Source: Candidatus Bathyarchaeota archaeon
GTDB taxonomy: Archaea; Thermoproteota; Bathyarchaeia; Bathyarchaeales; Bathycorpusculaceae
Length of the DNA: 64,000 nt
Reading direction: 5' to 3'
Assembly: GCA_963782525.1 (NCBI GenBank)
Contig: CAWAKC010000003.1
Location: forward strand, 1 to 64,000
Numbering within the stretch: the stretch's first letter is position 1; each line of letters starts with the position of its first letter. The notes below the pieces were generated by a model. It was not told where the DNA came from. It saw nothing but the letters and a program-made list of their open reading frames with translations, and made no database searches. A program made the position numbers and the translations under genes. Below are positions 42,473 through 50,366 of the stretch, piece after piece.

Positions 42473-42973
42473 TCAGTACCTAGTTTTTATTATCTGCGTT
42501 ATTTTCTCTTCAATTTTCGTTTGGTCCTCAAAGGGTGAATAATTCATTTTTTCCCAAGCAAAACCCACGGATACATGGATGGCTTCTGCGTTTAATTCTT
42601 CAAGGCAAGCTCTTATGTCTTGGATTATTTCGCCTTCTTTGCCTCTAGCGCAAAAAATTACAAGTATCAGGTTGTGTTCTCCATATGTTCGCCAAAGAAA
42701 TCTGACATGACTGTTACTCGCTAATATTTTGATGGCTTTGTCCATTATTGTTTGTGGGATTGTGACTCCAATTGTTATTGGTGTGATATCCATTTGTTCC
42801 AAGTTTACAACGCAATTAAGTACGTTTTTGATAATCCCTCTGTTTTCAAGAGCAGATATTCTTCGGTAAACAGTATTTCGGGTGACGTTACAGGTATTCG
42901 CTAATTCTTCATAGGAACTTGTTCCAGCGCTTAGTTGTTGCAGTATTCTTTTGTCTAACTCGTCAAGAGCCAT
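42473..42973 (-). CDS. Lrp/AsnC family regulator
   Basis: LDELDKRIL...SYEELA...TVYRRI..LE..GII, plus a RAM domain (TYGEHNL). Confidence 0.88.
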   Translation of the reverse strand: MALDELDKRILQQLSAGTSSYEELANTCNVTRNTVYRRISALENRGIIKNVLNCVVNLEQMDITPITIGVTIPQTIMDKAIKILASNSHVRFLWRTYGEHNLILVIFCARGKEGEIIQDIRACLEELNAEAIHVSVGFAWEKMNYSPFEDQTKIEEKITQIIKTRY

Positions 42974-43132
42974 ACATGATTACCTATCTGTGTTATCGGT
43001 AGATTTAAGTTATAAGACGTTGTTGGTGGAAGTTCTACCCAACAGCAGAACAATCTAACAGTACAACATCAATGGATTATGACAATACTTAAATTACGAA
43101 TAAAGTACAATCAGTCTGTTCTGAATGGTTGA

Positions 43133-46100
43133 ATGAAAGGGCGACGGCTATTGAGTGATAATGACGAGAACATCAGAACATTAATTAATCTTGGGCTCAC
43201 AGGGGCACAGGCGAAAATTTTCCTTTCTCTACTCAGAATTGGACAAGCGTCAACAAAGGAAATTGCACAAGTTTCCAAAGTTGCTCGCCCAGACACCTAC
43301 AGAGAACTTACAGAATTGCAAGACATGGGAATTGTTAAAAAAATTGTATCAATCCCAATCAAGTTTACTTCTTTGTCCATTGAAGATGCCATTGAAATTT
43401 TGATGGCGCGGAGAAATCAAGAAACCTTAGACTTGAACAAAAAAACAACTGAGTTAATTGAAAGATTCAAAAAATTAAATTGTGAACCACAAGTAAATGA
43501 CGACAAACTCATTTTAATTCCAGAAGAAGCATTAGACCTTGAATTGCGAAAACTGCTTGAAAAAGCGGAAGACAGCGTTTGTATTATGGTTTCTAGCCAA
43601 AAAATGTATGGTTGGGCTTGTGAAAGCTTCGAACTAATTGAGGAAGCTTTGAAAAGAAAAGTTTCGTTTCGGGTTGTAACTGAAAAGCTTCCAAAACCAG
43701 CATCTTCAAAAGAAATAAATGCGCTAAACAAAAACCCAAATTTTGAAATCAGACATATTTCTGCCCCTCTTGGTGCTTGGTTTACGATATACGACGGCAA
43801 AATAGTTGTACTTGCAATCGGTCCAGATTCCGCAGTTAGGTCAAATAATAAAATCTTAATAGAATTAGCAAAAGACTATTTTGACTCCACATGGTCCTCA
43901 GCGATAGAACCAATAGACCAAATCTTCAAAAAAGATAGCCAACAATTTGATAAACTTTTTGCAAACATGATTAACGGTTTCGCCTACTGTCAAATGATAT
44001 TTGACAAAGAAGGAAAGCCTTCAGATTTTATTTATCTCCAAGTGAACGATGCTTTCTCAAAAATAACTGGATTTGAAAAAAATGAAATAATTGGTAAAAA
44101 GGTCTCTCAAGCAATACCTGGAATAAAAGAAGCTAACCCCGAACTTTTCGAAATTTACGGTCGAGTATCTCTCAGTAGGAAGAGCGAAGAGGTTGAAACT
44201 TTTTTCAAACCTTTGAACATTTGGTTATTTATTTCTGTTTACAGTCCTAAAAGAGGCTATTTTGCCGCCTTATTTGAAGATATTTCGGAATATAAGAAAA
44301 CCGAACAGAAGTTAAAGGAAAGCGAGTTAAAATACCGCAACATTTTCAACAATTCGGCAGCCGGAATGTTTAGGACTGTCTTGGACGGTTCTAAAATCCT
44401 TGACTGCAACGCCCATTTCCTTGCGATTTTTGGTAGGTCCTACGATGAAGTCGTAGGTAGACCATCAATTATTCATTGGTTTGATCCGAGTGATAGGCAA
44501 GAAATGGTTCGCTTACTTCAAGCCAAGGGACAAATTGAAGATTTTGAATGTCGGATGTTAACCAAACAAGGTGAAATTAAAACATGTCTGACATCCTTGA
44601 AGCTCGACTCTGAACAGAAAATATTAGAAGGCTCAATAATCGACATTTCCGAACGCAAACGAGTAGAAAATGCTCTGAAGGAAAATCAATATTTTGTTGA
44701 AAAAATTCTTAACACCACACCCACCCTTATCTACATTTATGACCTCATAGAGCACCGCAATGTTTACGCTAATCAAGAAATAGTTGAATTTTTGGGTTAT
44801 GAACCTGAGCAAATCGAAATGATGGGGCCAAACTTGTTTTCCACTATATTGCATCCTGACGATTTCGATCTTGTGACTAATCATCATTCAAAAATCCGCA
44901 ACGCCTCAGGAAATGACCAGTTTGAGGTTGAATATCGCATGAAACATGCCGATGAAAGTTGGCATTGGTTGCATAGCATAGACGTTCCTTTTAGTTTCAA
45001 TCAGGAAGGCACAGTTAAGCAGATTTTAGGATCGGCTGAAGACATAACAGAGCGCAAGAATAATGAATTGGAATTGAAGCGGTTAAATGAGGTTCTTGAG
45101 CGGGTGGGGCAAAGTGTTGATGCGGGGTTGGCTGTTATTGGTAAGGATTATCATGTCATTTGGGCCAATCAACGTCTAAAAGATTTGGGTGTTGCTCCAA
45201 ACAAAAAATGTTACCAAATCTTCAACAAATCCCATTCAGTTTGTATTAATTGTGGTGTAAAAAAAATTTTTGAACAAAACCGACCATTTGATGTTCATGA
45301 ATTCAAGACAATTAACTCAAAGGGTGAAACAACATGGATAGAATTAAGAGTAACTCCCTTGAAAGACAAAAACGGTGCTACCATGGCTGCTCTTGAGCTT
45401 GCAGTTCCAATCACCGAACGCAAAAAAACTGAAGAGGACTTGCAGAAAAGCCTAAAAAGAGAACGTTTTCTGGCAAATCTCATAAGAAATGCTTCGATTG
45501 CGATCGCCGTTGCATATCCTGGTGGTAGATTGATGATGATTAATGAGGCGTTTCAGCGACTCACCGGCTACAAAGAGAACGAATTGAAAAATCTTACTTG
45601 GAATGTAGATCTAACTCCAATAGAATGGCGCGAATACGAGACGAAAAAATTGGGGGAAATTATTCAATCTAAGAAATCTGGCGTTTATGAGAAAGAGTAC
45701 ATTCGAAAGGATGGGTCTATAGTTTCAGTCGAAATTGTTGTCCACCCATTCTTTGATGAAAATGAAAACATCTCTTATTATTTTGGGTTTATAACTGATA
45801 TTACAGAACGCAAAAAAGCTGAACATGAACTTTTGGAGCAGAAAGAAAAAGCCGAGCGTTATCTCAATGTTATTAGGCATGTTGTTCTGGCATTGGACCT
45901 TAAAGGAAATATTACTCTGCTCAATAAGAGAGGGTGTGAAATTCTCGGTTACGAAGAAGGAGAGCTAGATGGAAAAAATTGGGTTGAGAATTGTCTTCCA
46001 ATGGATGTAAGAGAAGAGTTAAGAATGGTTCATGAAAATTTTGTTCACATAGCGAATGGGCTTCCCGAATACTACGAGAATGCTATTTTAACAAAAAAGG

Positions 46101-46573
46101 GCGAGAGAAAAATAATTAGATGGTATAATACGGTTGTGACCGACGAGAGTGGACGAATTATTGGCTCATTGAGTTCAGGAGAGGATATTACTGAAAGGAA
46201 GAAAGCTAATGAGGCGCTGGAAACGAGCGAGAAGAAGTTCCGCTCTCTTTTTGAGAATTCTCTTGACGGATTGATAATTGCTAAGCGAGATGGGAGAATA
46301 CTTTGGGCGAATACTGCAATTTGTGAAATGCTGGGCATGACTAAAAAAGAAGTCTTGGCGGCTGGTCGCCAAGGAATAGTAGTTAATGACAAAAGAAATA
46401 TTGCTGCACTCAAAGAACATGATGCCAAAGACAAAGTTGTAGCTCAATTAGCTTTTAAACGCAACGACAAGTCTGTTTTTGAAGCTGAAATTTCAAGCAG
46501 AAACTTCGAAGATGTCGATGGGTCAACAAGCATTTTTCTTACAATCCGCGATCTCAAAAACAGATTTCGCTAA
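43133..46573 (+). CDS. TrmB-family HTH + TrmB effector domain + 7 PAS domains (no kinase domain)
   Basis: LGLT..QAKIF..LL..G.....EIA..SKVARPDTYR; seven PAS/PAC units ending in DI.ERK-like motifs; no H, N or G boxes. Confidence 0.88.
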   Translation: MKGRRLLSDNDENIRTLINLGLTGAQAKIFLSLLRIGQASTKEIAQVSKVARPDTYRELTELQDMGIVKKIVSIPIKFTSLSIEDAIEILMARRNQETLDLNKKTTELIERFKKLNCEPQVNDDKLILIPEEALDLELRKLLEKAEDSVCIMVSSQKMYGWACESFELIEEALKRKVSFRVVTEKLPKPASSKEINALNKNPNFEIRHISAPLGAWFTIYDGKIVVLAIGPDSAVRSNNKILIELAKDYFDSTWSSAIEPIDQIFKKDSQQFDKLFANMINGFAYCQMIFDKEGKPSDFIYLQVNDAFSKITGFEKNEIIGKKVSQAIPGIKEANPELFEIYGRVSLSRKSEEVETFFKPLNIWLFISVYSPKRGYFAALFEDISEYKKTEQKLKESELKYRNIFNNSAAGMFRTVLDGSKILDCNAHFLAIFGRSYDEVVGRPSIIHWFDPSDRQEMVRLLQAKGQIEDFECRMLTKQGEIKTCLTSLKLDSEQKILEGSIIDISERKRVENALKENQYFVEKILNTTPTLIYIYDLIEHRNVYANQEIVEFLGYEPEQIEMMGPNLFSTILHPDDFDLVTNHHSKIRNASGNDQFEVEYRMKHADESWHWLHSIDVPFSFNQEGTVKQILGSAEDITERKNNELELKRLNEVLERVGQSVDAGLAVIGKDYHVIWANQRLKDLGVAPNKKCYQIFNKSHSVCINCGVKKIFEQNRPFDVHEFKTINSKGETTWIELRVTPLKDKNGATMAALELAVPITERKKTEEDLQKSLKRERFLANLIRNASIAIAVAYPGGRLMMINEAFQRLTGYKENELKNLTWNVDLTPIEWREYETKKLGEIIQSKKSGVYEKEYIRKDGSIVSVEIVVHPFFDENENISYYFGFITDITERKKAEHELLEQKEKAERYLNVIRHVVLALDLKGNITLLNKRGCEILGYEEGELDGKNWVENCLPMDVREELRMVHENFVHIANGLPEYYENAILTKKGERKIIRWYNTVVTDESGRIIGSLSSGEDITERKKANEALETSEKKFRSLFENSLDGLIIAKRDGRILWANTAICEMLGMTKKEVLAAGRQGIVVNDKRNIAALKEHDAKDKVVAQLAFKRNDKSVFEAEISSRNFEDVDGSTSIFLTIRDLKNRFR

Positions 46574-47170
46574 ACACAAAAAACCCACGATAAAATTGTC
46601 AAAGAACCGGATTTTGCCATAACTATTATGAACGTAATCTATGTTATGCTCCGCAGGTAAGCTGATTCATTAACTCTAACTCTGAAATAATGATGACATT
46701 TTTTACACGAATAGTCTTGAATGATAAAACTATAGTTTTTTCATTTCCCTTAAAGGCTTTTCAACTTCTCTACCGCAACTAGGACATAGCACCATTTAGC
46801 ATCAATCCTTGTCTTTGAAATCAGAATATGAATATTATGAAGGCCAAATGTAGCAAAAATTTGCATACATTGTTACAGGGATTCAAAACAGAAAAAATCT
46901 GTACATGTTTCTAAATAATTTTAACCATGCGAATTATTTTTTTATGGACAGATGGATAATAAAAAATACGAATAAACAATGAGGATAACAAGAGAAAAAC
47001 TCGTTCACTTTAGGGTTAAAAACATTATCAACTAAAAATATAACAGAGTTTATCTTCAGGCCTACTGCAAAACATCTGTGGATTTTTTCCCGCAAAAGAA
47101 CGAGGCTTATTATATCTTATGTATGATTAATCAATAAATTATATATTCGGGCAATCCTCATCTCTCCAAC

Positions 47171-47671
47171 ATGAACATATTAAACACTATAAAAAAATCG
47201 ACGCCGCTAAAGATAATTATTCCAATCCTAATAATCTCAATAGTCTCCATCGCTTCTTTCGCAGCAAGTGTAGCAGTTAATTCCTCAACTTCTCAGACTG
47301 TCCAAGGTGTCATGTACACAGTAACTGGAGGTTTTACAGCAGCCAGCAACGGATTTGTGGTCACTCAAAGTGCAGCTACCGCAACAACACTACCAGCCAC
47401 ATGGACAAGTAACGGCACCGTGACGACTTCAACTTTTGCAGGAAATTGGCAATACTCTTTAACAGTTACATTAAACGCAGCAGCATCAACAAGCACAACC
47501 TACACAGTAAGCGTACAATGGAACACTGGAACTGGATACGCAGCACTAGGCGCTCCACTTACCTTTACAACACCAGCCACAATAACTGCTGGGCAAACGA
47601 TGACATTCGTCTTAAACACCGGCGTAACCACCTTCAACGCACCAGCAGGTATCCTAATTACAATCGCTTAG
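47171..47671 (+). CDS. Secreted beta-rich putative major fibre subunit (TasA-like/bundling-pilin-like)
   Basis: 31-aa signal peptide (..SFA|A); the 135-aa mature part has no D/E/K/R/H/C, is 34% Ser+Thr and has no anchor; same operon as a SipW-type peptidase. Confidence 0.6.
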   Translation: MNILNTIKKSTPLKIIIPILIISIVSIASFAASVAVNSSTSQTVQGVMYTVTGGFTAASNGFVVTQSAATATTLPATWTSNGTVTTSTFAGNWQYSLTVTLNAAASTSTTYTVSVQWNTGTGYAALGAPLTFTTPATITAGQTMTFVLNTGVTTFNAPAGILITIA

Positions 47672-47713
47672 GCGGCACCAACTTTGTTCAACTGGAAACG
47701 AGTCTACAAAAAA

Positions 47714-48952
47714 ATGGCTCGGATTCCTTTTTTTAATAACTTAAAAGCCCCCGGGCTCCTCATTTTCGGGTTGATCGCTCTAATTATATTTTCAATCGGA
47801 ATGATTTCGCTTTCCGCAGCTCCAGTCAACATAACTTCTTCAAGCAGTCAAGCGAAACTCGGAATCTTTATGCTGAGCTATTTTGAAAACGCAAATGCAC
47901 CCTCAAGCGGAACCTCAGTGACAGTAAATACTCAAACATCCATACCTACATCATCAGGATCTTATTTAATTCCACGCGGAACATCCGTTTACATCTGGAC
48001 AACCCAATTTGCATCTTCAATCACAGTTCCTTCAGGAAAAATGATCCTTGATTTATGGGCGGGGTCGACGACGCCTGCTCCCAGTTTGGATGGGCAAGCA
48101 TCAGCAAGCACCAATGGAGCCTCTGGATCAGTTTCCCTCACCACCACTCAAACAAGCGATCTAATTTACGTAGTCGTTTCAACATCCTCCACTCCAAGCG
48201 TGTCAATTTCTGGAGCAGGATTATCATGGAACTTAAGAGGGTCCATAGTTAACGGGAGAACTGGTGCGGTTTGGACTTTTTATTCAATTTCTCCTAGCAC
48301 TCTATCTTCAGCAACAATTACAGCAACTTTAGATTCAAAACAAAAATTCGTGATTTTAGCATTCGCTGTAAGTGGAGTAAACACTTCCGCACCATTTGAT
48401 CCAAATCTTGGAACTGTGGCAATGTCTACAGGTAGCTATTCACAGCCTTCAGTCTCGTTTACAACTAACTTTGCAAATGACTTTCTGATAGGCGCATTAT
48501 ATCTAAATAACAACCCTACGGTTACCCCCAGCCTGGGTTTTTCGACCATTGCGGTGTCTAATTTCGCTAATCAGGTAACAGGCGTCGCAGAAAGCGAAAA
48601 CTCGGAATCCGCAGGAGTTCAAATTGCAGCTTTTTCACTCAGTTCAAGCAATTCGTGGGCAATAATCGGCGATGCTCTGGTTCCATCAACCGTAGGATCA
48701 ACACTTTCAGTGTCGGCTTATACAACCGCATCTTCTGGGGCAAATTCAAACACTCTATTCAGTAGTTTCAACACAAATACGCTTTCCCCTAATGGTGGGC
48801 AAGTGGCAACAGTGTTTCCAGTAACCTCCGGCGTCATACCTGCTCAGGGATATGTAAAGATTATATTAACTGCTCCATCCACTTCTGACATTGTTATTCA
48901 ATGGGGAGCCGGAAAACCAACTAATGTACAAATTGCTTTAACGTATGGATAG
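47714..48952 (+). CDS. Secreted Ser/Thr-rich putative minor fibre subunit/adhesin
   Basis: Signal peptide ..SLSA|APVNITSSSSQ matches the major subunit N-terminus; beta-rich with no TM anchor; ATG 47714 or TTG 47684. Confidence 0.55.
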   Translation: MARIPFFNNLKAPGLLIFGLIALIIFSIGMISLSAAPVNITSSSSQAKLGIFMLSYFENANAPSSGTSVTVNTQTSIPTSSGSYLIPRGTSVYIWTTQFASSITVPSGKMILDLWAGSTTPAPSLDGQASASTNGASGSVSLTTTQTSDLIYVVVSTSSTPSVSISGAGLSWNLRGSIVNGRTGAVWTFYSISPSTLSSATITATLDSKQKFVILAFAVSGVNTSAPFDPNLGTVAMSTGSYSQPSVSFTTNFANDFLIGALYLNNNPTVTPSLGFSTIAVSNFANQVTGVAESENSESAGVQIAAFSLSSSNSWAIIGDALVPSTVGSTLSVSAYTTASSGANSNTLFSSFNTNTLSPNGGQVATVFPVTSGVIPAQGYVKIILTAPSTSDIVIQWGAGKPTNVQIALTYG

Positions 48953-50204
48953 AGCTACGATGAAGTTTACTAAGAAAAAACTGGAATTGTTGCTGTTGGT
49001 GGTCGTTGGCTTAATTATAATTTTGCTTCCAGTTTATGCAAGAACGGGGTCTTATCCGTTAGTTATAGTTGATGGAAATAGTATGTATCCTACCCTGCAA
49101 AACGGAGATGTTGTCTACTATCATGCTGCAACTAACAATGCAAACATTCCTAACGGAACCATAATAGTGTTTGTTCAAGGTGAGACCGGAATATCAATAC
49201 TAGATGGGATGGTTCGACCTGTTGTAATACATAGAATCGTTGGTCAGATTACCCAAAGTGACGGACAGGTTTGTTACACGACTAAAGGCGATAATAATAA
49301 TGTTAATGACCCTTTTCTTACGAGATCTGATCACGTTCTCGGGGCTGGTGGTCTAAATATTCCTAAAATTGGTTTATTGGTCCTTTTTTTGAAGTCCCCC
49401 CAAGGGTTGATAGCCACAATCGGAATTATTTGTTTATCTTACCTAAGCATATATGACATTAAGCGAAGAAAGGACAAGAACAAGGACAAGCTATTAGGAG
49501 CGTTAGCTAAAAAAACCCTCAACGGATACTTATCTGAGCAGCAATTCAAGAAATTGGAATTAGCAGTAAAATATTCTGATGAAATTGAAACTTCAAGTCT
49601 TAGGGATCGAAGTGTTTTTGCTTTAGTTGACTGGTTTAAGAATGGCACTAATGAAACAGATTGGAAAATGCGAATGGTGGCTTGCCCTAAATGCTTCCAT
49701 ATTGCAGTTGGACTTGAGGGGCATGAAGATTCAGTAACTATTTGTTCGAACTGCAACGATGTAAAGACCTGGAATACAACGTTGGTTTTGAATGAAAAGA
49801 ACCTTAATCGCTTATTGTTAGAGTCAATTGATGAAGCTTTGTCAGTTATAGGTAACGAAGCTAAAGCTTCATTATTTCATATACTTGAACACCAATTTCT
49901 CCTTAAAAGAGAGGAAATCCCCAAAAGAATAGATGACTTTTCAGTGGCAATGCAAAAGATATTCGGGAATGGATCTGTGAATATAGATTTACTTCTTGCA
50001 AAAACATTTAAGAAGAATCTGTTTTTGATTTGTAGGGTGGACCCTGAAAGTTTTCCTTTTCAAGAATTTGTAAAACAGATTAGGAATAATATAGACAAAA
50101 TGGGCAATGAAAAAGAGATAAGTAAAATGCTACCTGGCAAGGTTGTGGAAGTTCCCTGCGTTTTATGCAAGGAAAAACAAGATGAAAAAATAGTGGAAGA
50201 CTAA
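48945..50204 (+). CDS. sipW: SipW/Sec11-type (S26B) signal peptidase fused to a Zn ribbon and a DUF3227-like domain
   Basis: TM, GNSMYP (Ser), VIHRIV (His), TKGDNN..ND, second TM, CPKC-x16-CSNC, LLESIDEALSVIG...IPKRIDDFS.AMQKIFG. Confidence 0.85.
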   Translation: MDRATMKFTKKKLELLLLVVVGLIIILLPVYARTGSYPLVIVDGNSMYPTLQNGDVVYYHAATNNANIPNGTIIVFVQGETGISILDGMVRPVVIHRIVGQITQSDGQVCYTTKGDNNNVNDPFLTRSDHVLGAGGLNIPKIGLLVLFLKSPQGLIATIGIICLSYLSIYDIKRRKDKNKDKLLGALAKKTLNGYLSEQQFKKLELAVKYSDEIETSSLRDRSVFALVDWFKNGTNETDWKMRMVACPKCFHIAVGLEGHEDSVTICSNCNDVKTWNTTLVLNEKNLNRLLLESIDEALSVIGNEAKASLFHILEHQFLLKREEIPKRIDDFSVAMQKIFGNGSVNIDLLLAKTFKKNLFLICRVDPESFPFQEFVKQIRNNIDKMGNEKEISKMLPGKVVEVPCVLCKEKQDEKIVED

Positions 50205-50366
50205 AACTTTTAACTTGTAAGTATTCATTCTAATTTACGAATATTTAAGGGATTTAGTTCAAATGTTAAAGAATTGAGAAGATTGCGCATTAAAGCAAAT
50301 AAAGCTCTTGAACAAAATTAAGAACTAATTATTAGCAGAGAATCCATGAGACTTGGGTAACACTCT

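Noticed and set aside
47171-48952. Type IV pilin or archaellin
   Set aside because: There is no class III signal (K/R-G followed by a retained hydrophobic helix) and no PibD, ATPase or TadC nearby. The signal peptides are class I-like and the neighbour is an S26 peptidase.
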